A DNA stretch of 64,000 bases, taken from positions 573,705-637,704 of the forward strand of contig CAWFWW010000004.1 in the NCBI GenBank assembly GCA_963819615.1, read 5' to 3'. The first letter of the stretch is position 1; the number at the start of each line of letters is the position of its first letter. The position numbers were made by a program, and so were the translations under genes. The notes under the pieces are model-generated. The model was given only the letters and a program-made list of their open reading frames with translations. It ran no database searches and was not told the DNA's origin. The DNA is from an uncultured Alphaproteobacteria bacterium (GTDB taxonomy: Bacteria > Pseudomonadota > Alphaproteobacteria > Rhizobiales > Aestuariivirgaceae). Shown here piece by piece: positions 43,024 through 52,307 of this stretch.

Positions 43024-43388
43024 GCAACATTTGCAAGCATGTTGGACGTCTAAAACCCACCGAATGTTATGAAATCGCAACCTAGGTATATTTCCCTCGG
43101 CTGCCAACTGAATTTGTACTCGTTCTCGTCTAGATCGGCACAACTATAGCCCGGCAGAACTTCTCCGGTCTTGTTGGTCACAACCTTTTTGGAATAATAG
43201 TTCCAAAACGAGTATTTCGATTCCGGGTCCTTCTCGAAGCGACTGATGTTCAAAACACCGCACGCACCTGTTGGACCTTCTTGCTGCACCACAATCCATT
43301 TGTCGCTGCCGTCAATGTTTTGAAATTTTTGTTTGTGAACCGCCCCGGGATTGCCGGAGGCTCCAATTCTTGAGAAGAAGGAGCCATC

Positions 43389-43730
43389 ATGAACAATACA
43401 ACAACCCCAAAGAAACGTCCGAACTATGCGCCTGAGGTCCGCCAACGTGCGGTTCGCATGGTGCTGGATCACCAATGTGATTACCCGTCGCGCTGGGCGA
43501 CGATAGATTCCGTTGCCAAAAAGATCGGTTGTGCACCGCAGTCGCTTCACGAATGGGTGAGGAAGACCGAGGTGGACAGTGGCAAACGCGCTGGTGTTCC
43601 GAGCGACATGGCCGAGAAGATGAAGGCCTTGGAACGCGAGAACCGAGAACTGCGCCAGGCCAATGAGATCCTGCGCAAAGCGTCAGCTTATTTTGCCCAG
43701 GCGGAGCTCGACCGCCCGTTCAAGAGATGA
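43389..43730 (+). CDS. IS3 transposase OrfA
   Basis: HTH ([25 protein letters not shown]) plus leucine zipper; [12 protein letters not shown] frameshift region. Confidence 0.92.
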   Translation: MNNTTTPKKRPNYAPEVRQRAVRMVLDHQCDYPSRWATIDSVAKKIGCAPQSLHEWVRKTEVDSGKRAGVPSDMAEKMKALERENRELRQANEILRKASAYFAQAELDRPFKR

Positions 43731-44641
43731 TCAGCTTCATTGATGATCATCGTGGAGACCATGGGGTCGAGCCGATCTGCAAGGTACTGCCGATCGCCCC
43801 TTCCACCTATCACGATCATGTGGCCAAGCGTGCTGATCCGGAAAAACTTTCGGTTCGGGCAAGGCGCGACATGGCTTTGAAGCCTGAGATCACACGTGTC
43901 TTCGAGGACAACTTTGCGGTCTATGGGGTTCGCAAAGTCTGGCGACAATTGAAGCGCGATAACCTTGATGTGGCCCGCTGTACAGTCGAGAGGCTTATGA
44001 AAGAGATGGGATTACGGGGCGTTATTCGCGGCAAGCCGATACGCACCACCTTCAGTGATAAAGCAGCAGCTTGCCCGCTTGATCACGTCAATCGTCAGTT
44101 CCATGCGCCAGCCCCCAACAGGCTGTGGGTGTCGGACTTCACCTATGTCTCGACTTGGGGAGGGATGATCTATGTCGCCTTCGTCATCGATGTTTATGCC
44201 CGCTACATCGTGGGCTGGCGGGTGAGCAGAACCGCCCATGCCGGCTTTGTGCTGGATGCCCTGGAACAGGCCATTCATGACCGAAGGCCCATGAACAAAG
44301 GGGGCCTCATTCATCACTCTGACCGCGGTAGCCAATACCTCTCCATCAAATACACTGAACGATTGGCAGAAGCGGGGATCGAACCTTCGGTTGGCAGCGT
44401 TGGTGACAGTTATGACAACGCGTTAGCCGAAACCATCAACGGCCTCTACAAAGCCGAAGTGATCCACAGAAGAGGGCCTTGGCGCTCGTTCGAAGCTGTT
44501 GAGTTTGCAACACTGGAATGGGTCGACTGGTTCAACAACAGACGCCTGCTGGAACCCATCGGCAATATCCCGCCTGCCGAGGCCGAAGAAAACTACTACG
44601 CAGCAACCGCAGCCATGGACAACGTCCCCATGGCCGCATAA
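43727..44641 (+). CDS. IS3 transposase OrfB (DDE)
   Basis: [16 protein letters not shown] and [14 protein letters not shown] motifs. Confidence 0.95.
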   Translation: MISFIDDHRGDHGVEPICKVLPIAPSTYHDHVAKRADPEKLSVRARRDMALKPEITRVFEDNFAVYGVRKVWRQLKRDNLDVARCTVERLMKEMGLRGVIRGKPIRTTFSDKAAACPLDHVNRQFHAPAPNRLWVSDFTYVSTWGGMIYVAFVIDVYARYIVGWRVSRTAHAGFVLDALEQAIHDRRPMNKGGLIHHSDRGSQYLSIKYTERLAEAGIEPSVGSVGDSYDNALAETINGLYKAEVIHRRGPWRSFEAVEFATLEWVDWFNNRRLLEPIGNIPPAEAEENYYAATAAMDNVPMAA

Positions 44642-45367
44642 CTTAAACCAACAAGCCTCCGGCAATCCCGGGGCGGTTCATTTGTAAGGATTAACCGATA
44701 CATTGCATGTTCAAACTTCTTTTTCCGAACTCTGGCGCGCGATTGCCACCCAGTTTTTTTCCGTTGGCGACAAGCAAAATCGAGACAACACCTCAAGTAA
44801 TTCGACTGCGACCTTTCGTTCCTCCTTGCCCAAATTGGATACAGTGTCGAACACTTGAGCCAATTCCTTCTCTTTCGGAGCTTTTCCCGACCTAAAGGCT
44901 TCAAGGATGGTGGGCATACCATGACAAAACTTCTTGTCTTCGTTTTTCATTTCTTCGACGATGTTGGGATACTGCTTTCTTGCTTCATCAAGTTTCTTTG
45001 AGACATCAGATGGATTTAGTTTACGATTAATCCGGCCCTGCGTGAAGCTGCATTCGAGAATGCTGCCCTGCTCGTAGCATTCATACTGCAGAAAGTTGGG
45101 CTCCAACGTATTGTAAGCAAAACCAGTGGTCGGAAACTCTGCGGCCAGAGTATCGCTAGCGAATTCGACTAAACTTGCCGTCAGGCCGACCAGCATTGCA
45201 AATCCCAAAACAACTAGTTTCATGTAATCCCTCTGACCTCTACCTCTTGCATACGCCGAATAGCACTCGCCGTTGCACACCTCAATTAGTCCCAACCGCA
45301 TACCACGGCAATTCCAGCATACACGCCCACCTTGCTCCCCACACCCAACTCCCCCATAACTTCCCCC

Positions 45368-45762
45368 ATGCACCCCGACCTCGCCACCCACAACGCCGCC
45401 ATGCCAGCCACACACGGTGCCATAGCGGATGCACTCGCCCTGCTGCTCTCGCAAGGTCTGCCGCAAGCGGAAGCAAAAATCTGGCACCGCACGGCGGTAT
45501 GGTTCATCGACGGCAATCCTATCGTTGGCTGCGGTCACGCAAGAAAAATGTGACGCTGCTATTCTGGTCCGGCCAGTCTTTTGATGAACCCGCACTGAAG
45601 CCCGAAGGTTCATTCAAGGCCGCCGAGATTTTCTACACCGAGCCGTCCCAGATCAACGCCGCCGACCTCGCCCGCTGGCTCGACAAAGCCCAGCGCATTC
45701 AGTGGGACTACAAGAACATCGTGAAACGCAAGGGCAAGTTGGAAAAGTTCGGCACCTGGTAA
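45368..45762 (+). pseudogene. DUF1801-family gene with a -1 frameshift in an A-run (~45545)
   Basis: EAKIWH..VWFIDGNPIVG in one frame and LLFWSGQSFDEP..IQWDYKNIVKRKG in the next; adding one A to AGAAAAATG restores the frame. Confidence 0.75.
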
Positions 45763-45847
45763 GAACAGGCATGCATCGGCATTAAAGAACCAAGCCCATC
45801 CCCGCGCCTACTGGCTTGCATCACCCCAGCACGCTACAATCACCGCC

Positions 45848-46744
45848 ATGACCTCCTCCCCCGCCGATAACTTCAACGCCACCGCCGCCCGCGCCTATGA
45901 CGCGCGCAATCGCAATCTGTCTCCTATAGCTGACTGCATGCATTTTCTCATCCGGCTTGCGCTGCAGGATTTGCCGGCCAAATCCCATGCCCTTTGCGTT
46001 GGCGTCGGCACGGGTGCTGAAATTCTTTCACTCGCCAAGGCGTTTCCGCAGTGGACATTTGTGGGTCTCGATCCTTCTGCCGCCATGCTCGAAGTCGCCC
46101 GCGAACGGCTTGCGCAAGCAGGCGTTCTGGAGCGCTGCCAGCTGCAGCATGGCTACGTGAAGGATGCACCCCCTGGCCAGAATTTTGATGTCGCGTTGAG
46201 TGTGTTGGTGGCGCATTTTGTGAAGCGCGGTGAGAGACTGGATTATTTCCGCAACATGACCAGTCGCTTGAGGAAAGGCGGCAGCATCGTCAACACCGAG
46301 ATCAGCTCTGATCTCGACGCCCCCGAATTTCCGGCAATGCTGAAAAAGTGGGAAAAGGTGCAAGAGCTCTTGGGCGCAACACCCGAATCCCTCGCCAACC
46401 TTCCGAAACTGTTGCGCGAAATGCTGAGCGTGCTTTCGCCGCAAGAAACGGAAGAGCTGCTGCGCCAGAGCGGCATTCCGGAACCTCTGCGCTTCTTTCA
46501 GGCCTTCATGATCACGGGCTGGATTGGGACAACTGGAGCAGCAGCCTCACCCCCCAATCCCCCGCTCCCCATGCCGCAAGATCACCGGCACGATCAAATC
46601 TTCCTCATCTGTCAGATGCCGGTCGATAAATTTTTCAAGTTGCAAAAGCTGCGCATGAAATGCACCAGCCTCGCCACCTTGCAACACCCCATTGGCGTGG
46701 TCCACAAATGCCGCAATATGCCTGTCGAGCGCCTGGTGATCTGA
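45848..46744 (+). CDS. Class I SAM-dependent methyltransferase; C-terminus runs about 198 bp into the convergent gene
   Basis: LCVGVGTGAE, GLDPSAAML and FFQAFMITGW motifs. Confidence 0.85.
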   Translation: MTSSPADNFNATAARAYDARNRNLSPIADCMHFLIRLALQDLPAKSHALCVGVGTGAEILSLAKAFPQWTFVGLDPSAAMLEVARERLAQAGVLERCQLQHGYVKDAPPGQNFDVALSVLVAHFVKRGERLDYFRNMTSRLRKGGSIVNTEISSDLDAPEFPAMLKKWEKVQELLGATPESLANLPKLLREMLSVLSPQETEELLRQSGIPEPLRFFQAFMITGWIGTTGAAASPPNPPLPMPQDHRHDQIFLICQMPVDKFFKLQKLRMKCTSLATLQHPIGVVHKCRNMPVERLVI

Positions 46745-47092
46745 ATCCAGAATCTGAAACCCCTGCTCCAGCCGCCTCTCGCGCGCCACCAGCAATGGAA
46801 AATAATGATTGTCCTCGATGTGGTGGTGCCCGTGCAGATGCTCGACAAACTGCCCGCCCACGCGCGCCAGGCGCACACCAAAAGCCGCACGCTCCAGCTT
46901 GCCATCCAACAGTTTCTCAGCATCATCGCGCATCACGGCCAAACCTTGCCGAAACCCTTGATGCATTTGCAGCCAGAACGCCACGAGGCCGGAAAAATTC
47001 GGATCCGCTTCCCACGCCTCGCGCGGATACTCTGCAAGCAGAATCCGCATCGCTTCCGGCAGTCCGCTGCGCGTTTCCAGATCAAGCGTCAT
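46547..47092 (-). CDS. Hemerythrin-domain protein
   Basis: WLQMH, HLHGHHHIED..YFP, LDSDH and HLTDEEDL motifs. Confidence 0.85.
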   Translation of the reverse strand: MTLDLETRSGLPEAMRILLAEYPREAWEADPNFSGLVAFWLQMHQGFRQGLAVMRDDAEKLLDGKLERAAFGVRLARVGGQFVEHLHGHHHIEDNHYFPLLVARERRLEQGFQILDSDHQALDRHIAAFVDHANGVLQGGEAGAFHAQLLQLEKFIDRHLTDEEDLIVPVILRHGERGIGG

Positions 47093-47096
47093 TGCA

Positions 47097-47315
47097 TCAC
47101 GCCTTCTTCAAAAATTCCGTCCGCAGCACCAACCCCTTCACCTTCTCATGGCGGCAATCAACCTCTTCAAGATTATCGGTCAGCCGAATGCCTTTAATCA
47201 TGGTGCCACGCTTCAGCGTCACATTCGCACCTTTCACTTTCAGGTCCTTGATCAGCGTAACACTGTCGCCGTCTTTCAGTTCATTGCCATTGGAGTCGCG
47301 TGCGACATCACTCAT
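47097..47315 (-). CDS. PhnA/YjdM-like protein (C-terminal domain only)
   Basis: DSNGNELKDGDSVTLIKDLKVKG and EFLKKA motifs; no N-terminal zinc ribbon. Confidence 0.85.
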   Translation of the reverse strand: MSDVARDSNGNELKDGDSVTLIKDLKVKGANVTLKRGTMIKGIRLTDNLEEVDCRHEKVKGLVLRTEFLKKA

Positions 47316-47353
47316 CGGAATCAATCCTCGTAAATTGCTTGCACGCTGATATC

Positions 47354-48052
47354 CTAAACTGCAATCGCCTGCATCACTTCAGGCTCGATCACATTCACGC
47401 CCGGCAACCCCGCTTTCAATTCATCCGCATTCTGCGCCAGCAATCCGAACGTCCGGTAGTGTGATGGGATCACCGTTTTGAAATTGAAGAATTTGCGACA
47501 CGCGAACGCGGCCCGTTTCATGTCCATCGTAAAATGCCCGCCGCAATTCAAAATGCCGATATCCGGATTGTGCAACTCCGCCCACAGTCCCATGTCGGAA
47601 GTCACATCAGTATCACCCGAAACATAGATCGTGTGTCCCTCGCCCGCGATCATGTAGCCCGCTTCCGATCCGCCCGGCATCATCACACCACCAAAATCAT
47701 GCGTCGATGAATGCACCGCGTTCACCATAGTTACACGCACATCACCCAGTGCAATCGTGCCACCCTTGTTGAAGCCAATGGTCTTGCAGCCCGCCTTTTC
47801 CCAAACATCACCAAGCTCCGCAATGCACGCAATCGGAACACTCAACTCTTTCGCAATCGCTTCCGCCTCGCTGGCGTGATCACCATGCGCATGCGTGATC
47901 AGAATGGCCGTAGCCCCACGTAAGGCCGCCGCGCGGTCATGACCCCCGGAAGGAGGACTGAACAGCGGATTGGCCAGCCACGGATCAACCAGCAACACCT
48001 GGTCCGCAATCTCGATCCGCCAACTCGCATGCCCCAGCCAAATGATGTTCAT
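47354..48052 (-). CDS. Metallo-beta-lactamase-fold hydrolase (UPF0173)
   Basis: WLGHASW, ITHAHGDH, AVHSS and SGDTD motifs. Confidence 0.88.
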   Translation of the reverse strand: MNIIWLGHASWRIEIADQVLLVDPWLANPLFSPPSGGHDRAAALRGATAILITHAHGDHASEAEAIAKELSVPIACIAELGDVWEKAGCKTIGFNKGGTIALGDVRVTMVNAVHSSTHDFGGVMMPGGSEAGYMIAGEGHTIYVSGDTDVTSDMGLWAELHNPDIGILNCGGHFTMDMKRAAFACRKFFNFKTVIPSHYRTFGLLAQNADELKAGLPGVNVIEPEVMQAIAV

Positions 48053-48110
48053 ATTGCAGCTCCCTCGCTTCTAATGTACGCCCCTCACAAAACCCACGAG
48101 GAGTCAAACC

Positions 48111-49292
48111 ATGCCCGCATTTCGCACCCTGAACGACGTTGATGTCAAGAACAAGCGCGTCGTCATCCGTCTCGATCTCAACGTGCCAATTGAAAAAGGC
48201 AAGATCACCGACACCACCCGCATCGACCGCGTCATCCCCACGCTGAAGGAACTGATCAACAAGGGCGCCGCCATCATCATCCTCGCGCATTTTGACCGCC
48301 CCAAGGGCAAGGTCGTGCCGGAAATGTCGCTGAAGCCGGTCGCCGCTCCGCTGGAAAAAGCGCTCGGCCACAAGGTGCAATTCGTCTTCACCGATTGGCA
48401 ATCCGCACCCGCCGTGAACGCGAAGCCCGGCGATGTCATCCTCATGGAAAACACGCGCTACCACGCCGGCGAAGAAAAGAACGACGCAGGCTTTGCGAAA
48501 ATGCTCGGCGGACTTGGAGATATCTTCGTCAACGACGCATTCTCCGCCACCCACCGCGCGCACTCATCGACCGAAGGCATCGCCCACGTCATTCCGGCCT
48601 ATGCCGGCCGCGCCATGGAAGCCGAACTCTCAGCCTTGCAAGCCGCTCTCGAAAAACCCGAACGCCCCCTCCTTGCAGTGGTCGGCGGTGCGAAAGTCTC
48701 AACTAAGCTCGATCTCCTGGGAAATCTCGTCGGCCTCACCAACACCATCGTCATCGGCGGCGGCATGGCCAACACATTCCTCGCAGCACAAGGGTTCAAC
48801 GTTGGCAAATCGCTTTGCGAACATGACCTCATCCCCACGGCACAGGAAATCATCGCAAAGGCCAAGGCCAAAAACTGCACGCTGCTCTTGCCCGTCGATG
48901 CCGTCGTCGCCAAAGAGTTCAAGGCCGGTACCACATCACGCACCGTGACACTGGATCAAGTGGCAGCAGATGACATGATCCTCGACGTCGGCCCGAAATC
49001 CATTGCCGCAGTCAACGCCGCCTTCGATGCCGCCAAAACCGTCGTCTGGAATGGCCCCATGGGCGCCTTCGAAATCGCTCCTTTCGATCACGCCACAGTC
49101 GCCGCAGCCCAACACGCCGCCAAACTGACCAAGACGGGAAAACTCGTAACCGTCGCCGGCGGCGGCGATACTGTGAGTGCACTCAACCACGCCAGAGCGG
49201 CGGATGATTTCACCTACATCTCAACAGCAGGCGGCGCTTTTCTAGAATGGCTGGAGGGGAAGGAACTGCCCGGGGTGAAGGCATTGTCTTGA
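48111..49292 (+). CDS. pgk: Phosphoglycerate kinase
   Basis: [27 protein letters not shown] and [18 protein letters not shown] motifs. Confidence 0.99.
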   Translation: MPAFRTLNDVDVKNKRVVIRLDLNVPIEKGKITDTTRIDRVIPTLKELINKGAAIIILAHFDRPKGKVVPEMSLKPVAAPLEKALGHKVQFVFTDWQSAPAVNAKPGDVILMENTRYHAGEEKNDAGFAKMLGGLGDIFVNDAFSATHRAHSSTEGIAHVIPAYAGRAMEAELSALQAALEKPERPLLAVVGGAKVSTKLDLLGNLVGLTNTIVIGGGMANTFLAAQGFNVGKSLCEHDLIPTAQEIIAKAKAKNCTLLLPVDAVVAKEFKAGTTSRTVTLDQVAADDMILDVGPKSIAAVNAAFDAAKTVVWNGPMGAFEIAPFDHATVAAAQHAAKLTKTGKLVTVAGGGDTVSALNHARAADDFTYISTAGGAFLEWLEGKELPGVKALS

Positions 49293-49299
49293 TCTTATA

Positions 49300-49328
49300 T
49301 TGACATCTGACACGTGACGCATTACACT
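49300..49328 (+). promoter_or_regulatory. Sigma70-like promoter of higBA, probably leaderless
   Basis: TTGACA-N17-TACACT with the higB ATG 8 nt later. Confidence 0.6.
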
Positions 49329-49335
49329 CAGGCAA

Positions 49336-49614
49336 ATGATCGTTTCGATCCGCCACAAGGGCCTACGTCGACTTTATGAGTTAGATGATCCGCGCGGCGT
49401 GATAGCGGATCACGCAGACAAACTGCGGCGCATTCTAGCACGACTGGATGCTTCGCAAAGTGCCGCAGACATGGACCTGCCGGGTTATCGACTCCACCCG
49501 CTAAAAGGCGAACTGCGTGGCCTTCACGCCGTCACAGTCAGAGCGAATTGGCGTGTGGTGTTTCGTTTTGAAAATGGGAACGCCGTCGATGTTGATTACC
49601 TGGACTATCACTGA
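49336..49614 (+). CDS. higB: HigB (RelE/ParE-fold, plasmid killer type) toxin
   Basis: IRHKGLRRLYE, LHPLKG and VRANWRVVFRF..VDYLDYH motifs. Confidence 0.92.
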   Translation: MIVSIRHKGLRRLYELDDPRGVIADHADKLRRILARLDASQSAADMDLPGYRLHPLKGELRGLHAVTVRANWRVVFRFENGNAVDVDYLDYH

Positions 49615-49626
49615 AAGGAATTCGCA

Positions 49627-49911
49627 ATGCCCATGAAGAATCCACCCCATCCCGGAACGATTGTCCTTCGAGACTGCATTGAACCCTTGGGACTGAGCAT
49701 AACTGGCGCTGCGAGTTCCCTTGGCGTAACACGCAACACGTTGTCCGAACTTGTCAACGCCCGCCGCGGCATCTCCCCCGAAATGGCCATCCGCCTTTCA
49801 AAAGCCTTCGGCGGCAGTCCGGAAAGCTGGCTGACCCAACAAGCCCACTACGACCTCTCACAGATCGCGGCGGATCGCATCAAGGTGAAGCGTGTGAAGG
49901 AGGCGGCGTGA
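49627..49911 (+). CDS. higA: HigA antitoxin
   Basis: PPHPG, XRE HTH and ISPEMAIRLSKAFG..WL motifs. Confidence 0.93.
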   Translation: MPMKNPPHPGTIVLRDCIEPLGLSITGAASSLGVTRNTLSELVNARRGISPEMAIRLSKAFGGSPESWLTQQAHYDLSQIAADRIKVKRVKEAA

Positions 49912-49982
49912 TGTCCGGCGGCGCGTTTCTGGAATGGCTGTAGGGGAAAGAATTGCCGGGCGTGAAGGCGTTGGAGGGATAG
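49911..49982 (+). repeat. Displaced copy of the pgk 3' end
   Basis: 49917-49973 vs 49230-49286: 49/57 identical; reads [22 protein letters not shown]. Confidence 0.92.
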
Positions 49983-50579
49983 ATGCAATTTCGACTCTTC
50001 TACCAGGGCCCGCTGTATTCATCGCAAGGCGAGCCTCGAAATGGGGCTCCCGATAGGCGAGCAAAAAACAAGCATGAGGTAAGAAAGCAATTTCATCCTC
50101 AACTGAAACATCTATGGTCAATCAAGGAAGAACTGAATTCTGCCAAGCATAATGAGCAATCACTTATGGACTATCTGGCATCTTGTCACGACTCTTTTGG
50201 CATGAAATGGGTACCGCTTGTCAACGAGCAACACTTTCTGCACTGTAGCTTAAAGATATTGTTCTTGCGCAGAGATCGGCCCGGGGGAATTTTCGAGACC
50301 CGCGACATTGATAATAAACTCAAGACACTTTTCGACGCGCTCCGGATGCCTTTAGACTCCAATGAGTTCGATCCGACCCAAGAGGATAGGGACGCGGGTC
50401 CAATATTCGTACTATTGTCAGATGATAAACTCATTAGTGGAGTTACGGTAGAAACTGATGAATTGCTTGACCCACCAGATGCCGCAAGTGACACTGATGG
50501 TGCCCTTGTTCGCGCCATCATTACAGTGAACGTCAAGTTATACAAAGTAACCATAGACAACATTGCTTTTGGACTATGA
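49983..50579 (+). CDS. Hypothetical protein with a RusA-like catalytic motif
   Basis: RDIDNKLKTLFDAL..LSDDKLI resembles RusA DxDNxxKxxxDAL..DD; AT-richer than host genes. Confidence 0.6.
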   Translation: MQFRLFYQGPLYSSQGEPRNGAPDRRAKNKHEVRKQFHPQLKHLWSIKEELNSAKHNEQSLMDYLASCHDSFGMKWVPLVNEQHFLHCSLKILFLRRDRPGGIFETRDIDNKLKTLFDALRMPLDSNEFDPTQEDRDAGPIFVLLSDDKLISGVTVETDELLDPPDAASDTDGALVRAIITVNVKLYKVTIDNIAFGL

Positions 50580-50780
50580 AGTTTCATATAACGGCTGCTG
50601 CACTATCGCCCACACCAACCCCGTCATTCCATGCAAGGGCGTGTTTTCGCATCGCGCAAACGGAAGCCAGCTTTGGCAACAACAAGCTCGCCTGTTGGAA
50701 GCGAGAACAAGCCGCATAACGCGAGTCCATCTTCGCTCATCCCTCTTACTCGGTGCATCGCGCCAACTTCTCGAAAAACT

Positions 50781-51116
50781 TCAGTTGTCCTCCGAAAAGC
50801 TGAGGTTCGAAATCCCGAACTTGCCTTCAAACGCAGCGCCCGCATCGCGCGAGCCATGGAGCACACGGGCGATGGCAATGTTGTCGTTGACGAACATGTA
50901 GAACACCACATGTTTCCCGCTCACGAAACTGCGAAGCGCATCATCAATCTCTGGCCGCACGCGCCCGATTGTCTGGTTCAGCGCGAGCAGATCGAAAGAC
51001 GCATATAGTTCACCCAGATACTTGGCGGCTTGAGCTTCGCCCCAAGTGTCCCTTGTGTATTCATAAAGTGACGAGATGTCTTGTTTTGCAAGTTCGGAAA
51101 GAAGGTACGCCTTCAT
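50781..51116 (-). CDS. parE: ParE toxin
   Basis: LSELAKQDI..WGEAQA, GKHVVFY and IARVLHGSRD motifs. Confidence 0.92.
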   Translation of the reverse strand: MKAYLLSELAKQDISSLYEYTRDTWGEAQAAKYLGELYASFDLLALNQTIGRVRPEIDDALRSFVSGKHVVFYMFVNDNIAIARVLHGSRDAGAAFEGKFGISNLSFSEDN

Positions 51117-51358
51117 TTTGCACTGCGACGCGCCTTACTTTCCTCGATGATGTCAGCGGCTGAAACCCTTGACACTTTCCTTGCCTTGATCTGCGCTACA
51201 CCCGCAAGTACGTCACGTTTCAACGCCGTGAGTTTTAACTGATATTCGCTTTGCAACCGCAACGCATCCCGCACAACTTCGCTGGCATTGTTGAAGTGCC
51301 CAGATGCAACCTGCTCGGACACATATTTCTCCCACGTCTTTCCCAAAGATACATTCAT
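51113..51358 (-). CDS. parD: ParD antitoxin
   Basis: MNVSLG..VASGHFNNASEVVRDALR RHH signature; ATGA overlap with parE. Confidence 0.92.
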   Translation of the reverse strand: MNVSLGKTWEKYVSEQVASGHFNNASEVVRDALRLQSEYQLKLTALKRDVLAGVAQIKARKVSRVSAADIIEESKARRSAK

Positions 51359-51471
51359 CACGCAATTTCTCCTGGGTTGCTCATAGCATCTATTGTCAAT
51401 TATTGCTAGAGTCGAATTGTTTGGCAGGGATGAAAGAGTGTGGGATGAGTAAATAAACACAGGAACACCCC

Positions 51472-52068
51472 ATGCGCATCCTTCTCATCGGCGGCTCAGG
51501 CACAGTCGGCAAGGCCGCTGCCTCAGGCCTCAACAAACACGATCTCATCATCGCGGGCCGCAGCTCTGGTGACATCAACGTTAATGTGATGGACGAAGCG
51601 TCGATCCGCGCCATGTTTGCGAGTGCTGGCAAGCTCGATGCCATCGTCACCACCACGGGCCACACCCATTTCGGCCCTGTCTCCGACATGACAGCGGAGC
51701 AATTCCGCAAGGGCCTGAACGACAAACTCATGGGCCAGATCATGGTGGCCTTGATCGGCCAGCAACACCTCAACGACAATGGCTCAATCACCTTGACCAG
51801 TGGCGTCACCAATCGCGATGTCATCCGCAAAGGCGCCAATGCCGCAGCCGTCAACGGCGCACTCGATGCCTTCGTGAAATCCGCCGCAATCGAAATGCCG
51901 CGCGGGCTGCGCATCAACGCAGTCAGCCCCGGCCTCCTTGAAGAATCCGCCGCCAAATACGATGGCTTCTTCCCCGGCCACGAACCGGTGTCATCACTGC
52001 GCGTTGGCATAGCCTACGCCAAGAGCGTCGAAGGCGCACTCACCGGCCAAGTGATCATCGTCGAGTGA
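51472..52068 (+). CDS. Short-chain dehydrogenase/reductase
   Basis: IGGSGTVG, KLMGQ and RINAVSPG motifs. Confidence 0.88.
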   Translation: MRILLIGGSGTVGKAAASGLNKHDLIIAGRSSGDINVNVMDEASIRAMFASAGKLDAIVTTTGHTHFGPVSDMTAEQFRKGLNDKLMGQIMVALIGQQHLNDNGSITLTSGVTNRDVIRKGANAAAVNGALDAFVKSAAIEMPRGLRINAVSPGLLEESAAKYDGFFPGHEPVSSLRVGIAYAKSVEGALTGQVIIVE

Positions 52069-52307
52069 CGCAGCGCACCCTCGCCATCAAGCTCACGCCC
52101 AAAGCCTCATCCGATCGCATCGGCGACACCCGCAAACTCCCCGATGGCACAGAACAACTCGCCGTCTACGTCACCGCCGTTCCCGAAAACGGCAAGGCCA
52201 ACGAGGCGATGCTGCGTCTCCTGTCAAAACAATTGAAAATTCCAGTGTCGCGGCTCGCCGTCACCAAGGGCGCAACGAGCCGCAACAAGCTTGTTGAAAT
52301 CAGCTGA
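52065..52307 (+). CDS. DUF167/YggU family protein
   Basis: VTAVPENGKANEA and GATSRNK motifs. Confidence 0.85.
   Translation: MTQRTLAIKLTPKASSDRIGDTRKLPDGTEQLAVYVTAVPENGKANEAMLRLLSKQLKIPVSRLAVTKGATSRNKLVEIS

Larger units (their letters stand above)
43336..44680 (+). mobile_element. IS3-family insertion sequence (IS51/IS629-like ends), 1345 bp
   Basis: Perfect 27-bp terminal inverted repeats TGAACCGCCCCGGGATTGCCGGAGGCT; 4-bp target duplication TTTG; orfA/orfB. Confidence 0.97.
43050..45223 (-). pseudogene. Secreted hypothetical protein disrupted by a TGA (44711-44713) and an IS3 insertion
   Basis: Removing the IS and one TTTG copy joins ..SEKEV*TCNVSVNPYK-QKFQNIDGSDKW.. in one frame of about 274 codons; signal peptide at start. 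Confidence 0.75.

Noticed and set aside
44711-45613. 300-aa ORF as annotated in the track
   Set aside because: The first ~130 codons are antisense to the DUF1801 remnant; the real start is ATG 45223 and the frame continues past the TGA and the IS.
50580-50780. gap or fba remnant between the RusA-like gene and parE
   Set aside because: No frame gives a recognisable GAPDH or aldolase motif.
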